Assembly (NCBI RefSeq): GCF_964194155.1
Contig: NC_135888.1
Coordinates: 23,498,001-23,562,000, forward strand
DNA from: Cetorhinus maximus
Taxonomy: Eukaryota
DNA length: 64,000 nucleotides
Reading direction: 5' to 3'
The position numbers and the translations under genes are program-made. Shown one piece after another: positions 11,154 through 23,900 of the stretch; within the stretch, counting starts at the first letter, position 1; each line of letters begins with the position of its first letter. Under the pieces are notes generated by a model, which saw only the letters and a list, made by a program, of their open reading frames with translations, was not told where the DNA came from and did not search any database.

Positions 11154-14100
11154 TGTCATATAATGGAGTATGTTAGACTAAATCCCATAAAGGGTTAACT
11201 ATAATAGTCAGTGATATCATAAGTGACATATACTCATGTGACCTGAGAGTCCAGGAGAAAGTAGCATGGAAATGTTTGCAGCTGGGAGTTATTGAAACTA
11301 CTCCAAACCAACAACACAATAATGTATAGTGGCAAGTGGTAAAAAGATAGTGATAGAAAAATCTCTACCTCTAATAGAGAGCTTTGAGAAAGTTGCAACC
11401 TTTAATCAGGCTGATGTGTGGCCAAAGTGGCACAAGAGATTCGCTCAATTTCGCACCACATTGGATCTCGCAGTGAAGCCAGACTGTGAGCAGGTCAGTA
11501 CACTTTTGTACACAATGGGCAACTCTGCAGACGACATTTAGTTACCCTGAGGATCGATGAAGGTAAAGCCACATATGTCGAAGTCATTGATGCTTTGGAG
11601 ACATGTTTAAATTGCCACAAGAACACCATCACGGAACACGCAAAGTTTAATAAATGCACCCAGAGACACGAGGAAAGTATTGATGCATTTATTAATGATT
11701 TGTACCAATCAGCAGAAGATTGTGAGTACGGTAATCTTAAAAAGGAGCTAATTTGGACAGTATAGTTGTTGGAGTAATGGATGATTCATTATCAGCTAAT
11801 TTGCAGTCCCAAGAAGACTTGATATTGGCAAAGGCAATTCTATGAAGTAGGTGAGCTGAGATCAGGGGGCAGAACCAATTGGTAGTCAGAGGAGAGAGAG
11901 CGGGACGGTCCAAATCCCAAAGTCACAGATACAGTTCAATTCGTCAGACATAAAAAAGGGAAAATAGAGAGAAGGAGACATGTGTGGCATGAAAGGCAAT
12001 TAATATGGCAGCCCAGACCAGTTGCTGATGTGGAAGAGAGAGGCACAGGCACGGGAATTGTCCCGCCAAAGATGCGCAATACCGTTGGTGCAAAAGGATG
12101 GGGCATTTTCAGGCAGCATGTCACAGTAGATAAAACAGGCAGAACATGCAAAAGAAAAAGTTTTAAAAGGAAGCAGGGTCCATGAAGTAGAAGATTCACA
12201 AGACATTGAGACACACTTAGGAGAAATTAAAGAAGTAAGCGCAAACTATTGGTGTGGAGATCCTCGTGGAAGGTCAGGGGACACACTTTAAATTAGCTAC
12301 TGGAGCAGCTGTTTCAGTTATTTCAGATACTGAACCATGAATAAACAACAGAATTCTTCAATCATCCTACAAAAAGCTACACAGACCAGGAGGAACAGAG
12401 CTGAAGGTTCTGGGAGAATTAATAGCTACTTTAAAGCGCAGGGAGAAAGTAATTACTGAAGTACTGTACAAGTTGTTCACTTTTAAGCAGAAAGGAATTG
12501 AATCTAATCCACAGAATAGAAGAAATAAAGAATGGTGAAGGTCAATCAGGAGATTTCAGAGCAGAATTTCTGAAATTATTTACAGGATTGGGAAAGCTAA
12601 AAACAGAAGCAAAACCAAAATGCTTACATACACCCAGAAAGGTTCCACACTCTTTACTTCCAAAGGTGAAGAAAGAGATCGACTCAGTGGTAAGACAAGG
12701 AATCAATTCACCTGTAAAAGAGCCAATGAGTTGGTGCTCAGGGATGGTACCGGTTCCAAAGCCAAACGGTTCTATAAGAATATGTGTTTATCTCATACAA
12801 CTCAATAAATCTGTGAAAAAAGAAGTCCATTCAACAGTATCAGTAGATGAGAGTTTAGCAAAATTAGGGAAGAGCTCAATATTCTCTAAATTAAACACCA
12901 ACAGCAGATTTTGGCAAATACCACCAGAAGAGGGGGCCAAGCTTCTCAGAATTTTCATAACGCCATTTGGAAGATTCTGTTTTAACAGGTTACCCTTTGG
13001 AATAACATCAGCACCTGAGAACTTTCAAACAACAATGTCAAATCTTTTAGAGAGCTTACACAGAGTTGTTTGCCACATGGATGACATGTTGATACATGGG
13101 TCCACTCAAGCTGAGCATGACAGCGCTGAGAAGACTACAAAAGGCAGGGCTGACACTTAACAGTGAGTGCAAGTTTTCACAGCCAACAATCAGGTTCCTT
13201 GGTTACATAGTGAGTGCAACAGTAATAAAGGTTGATCCACTGAAGACCAGAGCCATAAAAGAACTTCCAACTCCAAGGAACATCAAGGAATTACAGAACT
13301 CATGGCAAGAAGGTTGCGGACACAGATTCCTACCCTTCCACATACATTGATGCCACAGGTCAAAGATACAGACTTAGAGAAAGTACGAGAAAGAGATAAA
13401 TCTTACTGAGGTCAACAGATGAAACACTATGATGGTCATCACAGGGCAAGAACATTATCAGATATTCAACGGGGAGAACAGGTTTGGATCAGAGATCAAT
13501 CCAGATTTGGAAAAATAGTGGAGAAATCACCACAGCCGAGATCTTACATTGTCCAGACAGAACAGGGCACAGTAAGAAGAAACAGGAGAGCTTTAATTGC
13601 AATTGATCAACAGAGTGAAAAATCAGAGACCAGAGAGGTCGCAAACATCAGAAATGAATGAAGGCACTGAAGTAGGTGATCCCGAACCATCTACTAGTTT
13701 GAATTCTGTTCAACAGCATTCAGAAGACCAACAGCAGAATGAGAAGACCTTATTCCCTAGAAATGCAAAGAGAACAAGGTATGGTAGATGTCATGAAGCT
13801 ATTAATGTATATATTATTGGAAAATATTTTTCTTTTAAAATAGAAGTTTAGTCTGTGGGTGTGTCTTAATTGGATTAAAGCCAGCTAGTCTGGGTGCTTT
13901 GATGTGTACTAGTTTTGATATGTAAGAGAGATGGCATGTTTTGCATTTTTTGAATAGATCATTCAAGAAGTGGGGTGAAAACTGACACCTATCTAGCAGA
14001 TACCAAGCAATATGTTTATATTACTAATAAAATTGGTACTATGAAAAGGGTTTTATTGTTAGCAGAGGCTGGTGATACAATGAGAATTTACATTCAGTGG

Positions 14101-15032
14101 TCGGTGGTAGATATAACTTCAGCAGTTTTTGGGTGTGCAGAGCAGAGGCAATGAAAGATCAAAGCAGCTGCAAGCTTCTAACTGTCTCCACAGGAACCAA
14201 CCTGAAAAGAACCTCATTTTGAATTTGTACGGTGAAAATGCTTTGTCTGGTGTCCGGTTAAGTCTATGGGTTGCTGTTGTCTTAATGGAGATTAGTTTGG
14301 GAATTTGTCAAAAGTTGTGGTAGTAGTAATTTGTAGCCATGTGTATATATATTTTAACCTGTGTAAATTAATAAAATATTTCATTTAGTTTAATGTTAAA
14401 CCTCAAGAACTGGTGGTCTGATTCCTGAATTTAGAGTCACATCTCAAACATAACACTTAAAATTCTAGGTTATGACAGTTGTTTAAAGTTTCCCTCTGGA
14501 ATTTTTAAATAACTCAGCTTTACCAACTGCATCGGTCATAATAGTAGATTAGTGAAGACACCTCATTGCTTGTCGGTGTAAGAGAAGGTGAGAATCTCAA
14601 CACTGGGGGAAGGGGAGAGAGAAGAGAACAAGAGAACTTGGAGATAGAAAGTAAAATGACATTTACCTAGGGGAGCAAAAAGAGGCAACGGGACATCATC
14701 TGAAATGTTCAGAATGTCTAGGAGACTGAAGCATTGGGTTTCCAGGAACTTCAGAGAATGTTGAAGTCTGAACAAACTTGAGAGAGATGTAGTATAATGG
14801 AATATGTTAGACTAAGTTGCATAAAGGGTTAACTGTAATAGTCTGTGATGTCACAGGAGGAAATGACATACCCATGTGATGTGAGAGTCTAGGAGAAAGC
14901 AGCATGGAAAGAAACTAGTGCAAGGGAGTGTTCTCATAACTGTAAATATGTTACAATAAAGTTGTAGAGTGTTTGCAGCCAGCATTTTCGGGAGTAATTG
15001 AAACTATTCCAACCCAACAGCACAATAATATA
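11154..15032 (+). mobile_element. Decayed Gypsy/Ty3 LTR retrotransposon
   Basis: LTRs ~11154-11327 and 14788-15032, TSD TTTGG, PBS-like TGGCAAGTGG, PPT GAGAGAGA. Gag, protease and RT remnants (TPFGRFCFNRLPFGI, HMDDMLI) with stops and frameshifts. Confidence 0.9.
13789..14543. mobile_element. Solo LTR nested inside the Gypsy element
   Basis: Termini TGTCATGA...TCATAATA flanked by the duplication GTAGA. Confidence 0.75.
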
Positions 15033-15064
15033 TTTGGCAGTGATAAAAGAAAGAATAAATACAC

Positions 15065-15395
15065 TTGTATTTACACAGCACCTTTTAAATTTCAGAACAT
15101 CCCGAGGCACTTAACAGCCAAATAAGTACTTTTGAAGTGTAGTCACTGTTATAATGTAAGAAACACAACAACCAATTTGTGGGCAGCAATGTCTCACAAG
15201 CAGCAATGTGATAATGACCAAATCATCTGTTGTTGGGATGTTAGTTGAGACAAATATTGACCAGAACACCGGGGAGTACACTCCATTCTTTGGGATCTTT
15301 TACAACCAACTGAAAGGGGAGATGGGGTCTCAGTTGAACGTTTCATCCAAAAGGCAGCACCTGCAAAAGTGCAGCACTCCCTCATTACTGCACCA
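15065..15395 (-). mobile_element. SacSINE1/DeuSINE-like SINE (a second copy lies at ~15505-15885)
   Basis: Reverse complement of the Deu-domain core and GTGACTACACTTCAAAAG tail. Confidence 0.65.
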
Positions 15396-18300
15396 ATAAA
15401 ATGGTCTTAGCAGCTTAAACAACCAAGCTCAGGTTGAGGACTTAGGAGGTGATGGGCAGGTTCTTGGCCTACACCAATAAAAGACTTTCACTACTTCAAG
15501 GAAAGTATTTTGCAGCCAAGTTCTTTAGAAGTGTAGTCATTGTTGCAATGCTGGGAACCCAGCAGCCAACCTGTGCATAGCAAGCTCCCACAAAGAGCAA
15601 ATGAATGAGTCACCAGTTGAGCTGCTTTTGCTGGTGTTGGATGAGGGATATATACTGGCCAGGACTCTTCTTTGAAATAGTGCCATGGGGAATTTTTATG
15701 TCCATCTGAGGGGGCAGACGGGGCCTCAGTTTAATGTCTCATCTGAAAGATGCACCTCTGGCAGTGCAGCACACACTCAGTAATACAATGGGAGTGTTGG
15801 CCTGGATTATTGCTCAAACCTCTGGAGTGGGGGCTTGCGCCCATGACCTTCTGACCCAGGAGGTGAGACTGCTACCCACTGAGCCCCAATTCAATGCCCC
15901 TACTCTGTCAAACACATGACCCAGAGGAAAGTCAACACTGACACAGGGTTAAGTTTCAACATCTCTTTAACACTGTAAAACTACAAAGATTTTCTTTTCC
16001 GTTCATACAACAAATACCAACAAGTAAAAGTTCACTCAATGGCTTTCAAAATAACAAGTCTAATTCTGCTTTCTCTTGTGTTTTTTTAAAAAAAAAAAAT
16101 TGTGTGCCATATACGTGCATTTGTACAGGTACATGTGTGACAAGGTACTTTTACATGGGGTGAGAGGAGGGGCTATTTGAACTCAGATTTAATTGAGCTC
16201 AATGTTATGTACAGTAAAAAGCACCACCCTGACTCTTCATTCAAGTTTCAAATGCACTTTCCAAAAAGACAAGGATTAAATACAATCAACTCAGACAAAA
16301 AAAAGTAAAATCAAGAAGATGAGGTAAGATACAAAGGCTGGGTAGGGGCAGCCCACAGATACATTGCAAAGGGAATTGATGCTGTAGAATGCACCAACAA
16401 ACATCTATGGACTCATTCCACCAACAGCACATGCACAGTGGACGGGTGTACACTCAAGCTGGGGATCCCCTCTCCTGAAACTGGGAACACACAACCAGTA
16501 TCTGAAGGGTAAAGAGGGACTTAATGGTTCTGGGCTGTTGACTCCTGTACCAGAGTTCTTTAAAACCTGCCTCCTCTCTGTCAGGATTCGCAGGCTTTTG
16601 TGGTTTCATTCAGAATGTCCAGCATTCGCAGTTATTATTTTTGGTAACCATCCCAAGTCTCCCACTGCACCCCCCAAGCCAGAGGTTTTGTACTTTGAAA
16701 GACCAAACGCAGTCTTGCTGTCCTAGCCTGGGCCAACTTGCAAGTCTCTGCATATTGTGATGTGCGATAACATGTCATTCTATCATCAGGGCACTCGAGT
16801 CCAGGGGACAGACAGGTCGAGGCACAGACTGAACTGCAAGACTAAGACTAATAGTCACTGTTTTTCTTGGCGGCCGCTAAATTTCTGCAGCAAGCTTTAC
16901 TTGCAGTGTGGTCTGTGTGGGTGAAGAAACAATCAAACAAGATACTTCCCAGTCGAGGGCATCAGCATCAGGTGAGGCTGGAAGAGCAGAGGTGAATGTC
17001 AAGACTGTTTCAAAATGAGAGGTTGGGTGAGGTGGGGTGGGATGGAGTGGATACAGATGACAGGGTGGGTCAGAGAGTAACCGTTCAGTTACAACGGGTT
17101 AGAAAATAAATTAAGTTAAAGTTTAAGTTAAATTCTGAATCGATTCCAAAGCAAAAGCAAAATACAGCGCATGTTGGAAATCTGAAATGAAAACAGAAAA
17201 TGCTGGACTTGCTGAGTATTTCCAGCATTTTCTGTTTTTATTTGCTGAATCGATTCCGTGCGTCGTAGGAACAGGGTTGCAAGCAACATAATCAACAAGG
17301 ACTTCCTGTGGGTTTATCATCTGCTGAAATCCACACAATAGCTTGTCGGTGATCCCTAGAGGCTGTACCCCCACCTCTCCTCCCCACGATGTGGAGGAAG
17401 TGGAACAGCTTTAATTCCCACCTCCCATTTAAACTCAAAAGAGCTCCAGTACATCCTGTTGCCCGCGTTCTGAGAAACCTACACAAAGGAGTGAAGTGCC
17501 GGGTACAGACTGGAATGTGCCCCCCACCCCCTCAATTCTGTATTAGTTTAGCTGATTGAGGGCGGGGGGGGGGTTGTTTCCTGACAACCTCTGATGCTGA
17601 GATCCGCCGCAGCGACTCTCCCCCCCCCCCGCCCCAGTTTTGTCCTTCCAGAAGTCCTCGTTAAATGTCCTCTTTTGAAAAAAAATACAATTAACTTACT
17701 TTCGACCTTAAGGCTCTAAGTTTTTTTTTTGTTTAAGCCTGATTAATGTTGAAGAATGGTCCTGTCTTTGTGGTTTTCTGCAGTGAGCTTGGGAAGAGGC
17801 CCAATGCTGTACAGACTGCACGGAGCAGAGGGTAACACATGGGCTGTAGGATTTCCTTGCAGCTCCTGTTTGTATTTGAGGGAGAGCAGAGCCTGCGGGT
17901 CCGGGGGCTCGAAAGTATCTTTTGTCAAACCCCGCGATTCAGAGCTGCATGTCACACGTCCTTCAGGACAAAGAAACGCAAAAGAGTTTGTATTTACTCC
18001 ACAGATCAAACATATGAACACTGTCCTTCCGTTTCTATCTCCATTTAATACATATAAAGACACAAGATCGGGATCCTTGCACGACCCGTTGTCCTCACAT
18101 CCTTTCCTCTATAGTCTAGACGCATAAAAACATTACATAAAATGTTAAAATACTTGCTCTCTTAGAATGAAACCTATTCTTCTGGAATAATCTCCTTTAG
18201 CAGCTCAGTAATATCTCGATCTGAGCACGTCCTACACCTGTGAGATGGCCCTGTGGATTAGGGCATTGCCCGGTGACATGTTCAGCTACATCAACCTAGG

Positions 18301-20938
18301 GGTTCACAGGCCAATACCTGGCTTGTGCAGAGTTTCGATGGTCTCAGCTGGGGTCCTCGAATGATTCCCTGCGTCTGAGCAGGGAGAGGAGTGGAGAGGG
18401 GAGGAAAGGCAAAGAGGAGCAGAGGGAGCAAAGTGGGGATTGAGCCGTGGTCTCTGCACACAAATGAGAAAGCTGCAGCATGTGGACTGGGTGGGGTCAG
18501 TTGAGCAGAGGGGCTCTAAATATCCTGCAGATACCAGGTGCCTAGGTTGAAGATCTTCAATCAGCCACTGGGTCGGTTGGGGTACCGTGGGCCTGAGATC
18601 TCCATAGGTCTGTCCAGCAAGAGTCAGATCTCCAGAATAGGAGAGAGGAGATGCAGCACCTCTGCACTGCGGCATCTGACCCCTCCATCTTGTGCTTCCA
18701 CTGCTCATTAGCTGTTCTCCACATGCTGCCTGCTCTACAGCACTTAACTCATTGACTGCAATATCGAGGCATTCTGACCCATCTTATACTCATCATTCCT
18801 CGTCTGTGAAGAAAGGAAGAATTCGTATTTCTATAGCACCCTTCACAACCTCGGGGTGTCCCAAAGCACTTCACAGCCAATGAAGTAGACAATCTTATTT
18901 TCTGGGAACAAAATTAGCCCTTTCCCCGCCCCCTAAAACTATCCCTCCCCACCCTGGGTAGTCCCACAAGGGTAGGCAACTTTTCGAGTGTAAACAGGGG
19001 TTTGCACTGGTCAGATCCCCTGTGCACCCCTCCATATCTCCAATCTGACTGAGAGGCAGGACCATATTATCAGGATGTCTCCTATCTGGTCTGGAAATGA
19101 TCAATTGGATTAGTTATGTTGGCAAACGGAAGTTAAAAAGGACTTTCCCCACCTCCACCTTGACCAGTGAGACTCCAGTTATAGAAGGGGTGTCTGGGGA
19201 CCCTCCATAAGTGTGAGGTGTAATGTTACCAAAACCCCCATAGTGGGACGTGACTGATGGATTCTGACCTACAGCAGCCTCCAGCACTGGGACACTGTTT
19301 CCCCCTTATTCTGAAGGCCGTAAGCCAGTAGTTTCCTACCTAGTTACACAAGTATCCTCAGACTGCAGCAGTTCCATGTTGACAATAGCCTTCTCAGTGT
19401 GTTTAGAGCAGGTAACCTTGGCTGCACAAAAACACAGTAGGCCTTTGTAAGAAACTACCAGGTCACTCAGTTAGGCAAAGATAGTTGGTCCAGTGACTAG
19501 ACGCTGAATGAGTGGTACTAGTGAACTTGCATTAAGGCTGGTATCTACCTGATATGGCCATGGACTAACAGGAGGAGCACTGGCTCTGCACCTCTGCTTC
19601 ATGGGAAATGAGTAAAACCCAGAAGCTCTAGCTCCACAGAATGTGTAAAGTGCCATTGCAGAAGTTCCATGGGGTGAATTGGGAAGCAACAGAGGCATGC
19701 CCGTGGGACCAGCATCAGCAGTGAGGGAAACACAAATGGTACTGAGACGGACCTCACTGACTGATCAAATAAAATCAAGGAGATAGTGAAAAGACTTGTG
19801 GCGGGGGGGGGGGGGGGGGGGGGGGAAGCAGGGGTTAGAGAAATTATGGGGTGGGGAGGGGGGGTAAAAGGGAGGGCAGATGGTCAGGGACAGATAAAAA
19901 GCATAAAGAGGCAAAAACAAACATTTCCTAACAACAGATCAATTAGCTAAGTATTGGCAGAATGTAGCAGTCCTGAGTAAAGCTAGTCTAACCCAAGTCA
20001 TTGACAGTTACTTACACACCACTGCAACAACCAGCACACTGACTGCGCACCCATTGCAGTCAGTCTGACACTCTGCCTGGGTGGCACTTCAGTTTCTCTG
20101 TGAAATTACTCAGCGCTTTTGAGGCCATGCCAATGTATTACTTCTGTAATCAAATATATTGAATTAATTTTTGCAGATTGATTTATAGCTGGAGTGCTTT
20201 CAGCAAGATATCGGTCTGTAATTAACGCTGAGTGTAACAAACCATATCCAAGGAATTGGACACATACTGTATATTCAGCAACTCTGCAATTGCTGGGCTT
20301 GTTATCACATCACCAGCAGGAACTAAATAACCAACCCCCCTGTCCCTAGCATGTATACAGTACCAGGTGCCTCAACAACAAATCATTTATTAATTATTCT
20401 GTTTGTCTTTCTCCTAAAAGTTTATAACCGTTGACATTTGAGTAACTGGCACAATCAAAAAGATTCAAGACAAACCATGGAAGCACAATTTACAGAGAGA
20501 TAGTAAGGAAGGAATGGGGGAAAGAGGGAGAGGGAGACAGAATGGAAAGAGAAAGACAGAGGTGGCGAGAATGCCACAGATAGCGATGAAATACAAGGGA
20601 GGGAAAGTGAGAGAAAAAGAAAGAGATTGAGAAAGCATGGAGATAAGGAAAGTATGACAGAATAAAGAAAGTGAAGAGGGACAGAGGAGAGAAAAGAGCA
20701 AGAGAGAGAAAACGCTAATGCCTCATTCAATAAAAATGATGTGAATTAACATTTTCTTGTGCAACACCAAATGTTTCCCCTGCGTGTCATCGTGAAACAG
20801 TGTGTCACGCACAGAGGCTCCGCCATACGATGCATCTGATGCATTGTTGTGTAGCAGGACAGAAGGTTCCTCATTATTTACACAGATGCCACGCATGACA
20901 GGAAGTAGTGAGAGTAGGTGATAGCTCATCCTCAGCCT

Positions 20939-20996
20939 TTATCTGGATGTGTCCATCCGCTCCTCTCTAAAGTTCTCGCAGAAACTGATGACCTGG
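20939..20996 (-). CDS. ZER1: ZER1 last coding exon ((S)QVISFCENFREERMDTSR*)
   Basis: Acceptor ttcaacag, 58 nt, TAA stop. Confidence 0.9.
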
Positions 20997-23900
20997 CTGT
21001 TGAATGGAGAAACAGAAGAATAAATTGTGGTTTCAAATGGTTTAGTGAACAGCCTCAATTGTGCATTAACATTTTTTTTGTTCTCTAGTTCTATAATAGT
21101 CTGAATTATATTCAGCAAGTGCATTTGAATGTTGCTGCTCATCAGCAGGAATTTTATTGCCCTCTACTTATTGTAAGCAGAGTCTGCAAGTCCCAGGTCA
21201 GCACAACACAGAAGGGATACTCATGTTCGTGTTCATGCCGATTCAACCTCAGAAATGCTCCCCCTGATGGATGGGCAACATTTCCATTTCTCTCATCAGT
21301 TATCTAATCCAGGGGTATCCTATCTTTTATTATTAGGGCTGAATAGGTACATATGATGGAGCTTTTGGTTGGGGGAATGGTACGCTTTAAGTTTAAAACC
21401 CTTGTCCCTATTAATCTGCAGATATTTCGAGCTAATGATACTCACAGATCTCGGTGTTCTGATTTAGGACTCATCTGCTAATGGGAAAACAGTAATAGGA
21501 ACAGCCCTTTCCCAAACCCTCATGCTCAGGAAATTCAATGGGACAAGTCTGTGAGCAAGAAATGTTCAACACAAACAGGTTGCCTGGGTTTCAAGGATGG
21601 ATTTCTAGGGACTGAGAGACTGCTCTAGCCCTTTGGATGCAGATTCAACTAAACTCTAGTGTAAATGAAACTGTCAATTTGGGGGCAATTTTAGGAGCTT
21701 CACCTCACAATGAGTTTGATTGTGACTAAAAACTCATTTGAGTTTGGATCTTAGGGAGAGATTTGTTCCGTGAATCTGGGTTGGGTTGAAACCTAGAAAT
21801 CAGTGGTTAAAGGATTGGATTGAACCATGCCTGCCCTATGACTTTTGGCTTAACACATCCTGAATGGGACACGTACACACAATCGTGAGTTTGAGTGCTT
21901 CATGTACCTTGCCATCGCTTTGGTCTCCGGTCTAGCCGCATCGCTCTCGATCACTCCCTTCAGCAGTTCAATTCCATTCTCTTTTATCAGCAATGGGCAG
22001 TATTTCTCAGCTAAGGATTTAAACCATTAAACGGCAGGTTCACAAAGAGCTTCAGCTCAGATGCAACACTTGAAACAGTGCTGAACTTTACAACGCAACA
22101 TTTTACCTCCAACCGCAATTCAATAGTTTCTGCAAACCTGGTGTTTGAAATTCAACATTTGGGGTTCAGAAGGCTGTACAGTAAAATCTTTTGCCCTCTT
22201 CCTCACAAGGACATATCACAGAAATACTGAAAATTTACAGCACAGAAGGAGGCCACTTGGACCATTGTGTCTGTGTTAGAATTGGCCATATCATAGACTG
22301 AATTTTCCCAGCATAGGATATTCTAGTGTTGGTGGTTATAGTACTGATTGGGAGATCCAGAGGTTGCGAGTTCAAATCCTGCCATAGCAAGTTGTGAAAT
22401 TGCCATGAAAACACAAGTTCATTAATCCCAGCATAGGCACAATGGGCTGAATGTCCTCCTTCTGTGCTGTATCATTCTATAAATGCCTTTCAGGTTATGG
22501 CCTCTAACACCCCAACCTGATCTGGCTTATGTGACTCCTGTCCAGACTACGTGGTTAACTCTTAAACAACAAATTGCATTTATCTAATGCTTCTAACATA
22601 GTAAGACATCCCAAGTTGCTTCATAGGAGCATAAATCAGACAAAATTTCACACCTTGCCTGGTAAGGAGATATTAGGACAGCTGACCAAAAGCTTGGTCA
22701 AAGAGTTAAGTTTTAAGGAGCACATTAAATGAGGAGAAAGAGATGGAGAGGCATAGTTAGGGAGGGAATTCCAGAGCTTAGGGCTAAGGCTGCTGAAGGC
22801 ACGGCCATGAATGGCGGAGCGATGAAAATCGGGGATGTGCAAGAATTGGAAGATTGCAGAGATCTTGGATGGTTGTAGAGCTGGAGAAAGTTAAGGAGGT
22901 GAGAAGGCCACAGGAGGTTCAAAAACAAGGATGAGAATTAATGCTCCTTGAAGTTATGTTCCTGCAATAGCGATCTATAGGCCTGGAACAACAATGTAGA
23001 AAACACAAGTTTAAATCCCACCACGAGAGAGTTTGAGAATCTGAATTCCATGAGAAATATCTGGAAATAAAAGAGCTGTGATCAGTAAAAATGACCATGA
23101 AAAGTTGTTTCACCAGGAGCAGGAATCGTAGCTGATTATTTTCCACTCTTACCAACCCTAAGGTGCTGAAGCCAATTATAGAGTCCTTATCACGATCAGG
23201 CCTAAAGATAGTCAACTCAGTCCAGACAGGAGCAGTGAATCTGGTATCTTCCTCAGCCATAGGACTCAGTACCACACAATGAGCCCCAGAGAAAGAGTTA
23301 GTCAGACATTCATAAAGCGGCACAGAGGGTAAATGAGCAAGAGTCTGTACAAGGGAGGGACTAAGAGAAATTGAAATGACAAAACATTGGAGGCAATGAT
23401 TTGGCTAAAGGCCAGTTATTATCGAACAGGATTAACAGAATGATGTGCTGTCCCGTCAATCACAGGCACACACAGACAGAAACAGGCTTGAGACAGGCCT
23501 GTATATTCCTTGCTCAACCGGTCCTCTGTTTGTCAAGACACGCACTCTATGTTACAGATTAAGAGGTGCATCACTATCCGGTACTTACGATAGACAGATG
23601 TGAGGTTGAACAGTGCCCATGTTGCCCAATGTTGGCTGACTGGAGCTACTCGCTGAGGGAGGAGGCGCAGAATTGGCTCAAAAGACCTGCAAAGATGAAG
23701 GAATCCTCAGCTCAAACTGTCTTAGTGTTCAGAATACTCTGTCCCTGGCCAAGACACATTGCCACTGACCAAGATATGCTGCAATTAGCCAAAACAATTC
23801 AAAGCTCAAAACACGCCTGCCACGGCCCAGACCACTGCCATTATGATTGATTCCACTTCTCACCTGTAATTAATGTTTCTTCTTGAATTTTCATCCCAGC

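Noticed and set aside
12498-13160. 220-aa reverse transcriptase ORF as a functional or domesticated gene
   Set aside because: It is surrounded by stops and frameshifts within a decayed Gypsy provirus.
18304-18708. 134-aa minus-strand ORF
   Set aside because: No recognisable homology or partner coding exons; it probably lies in the ZER1 3'UTR.
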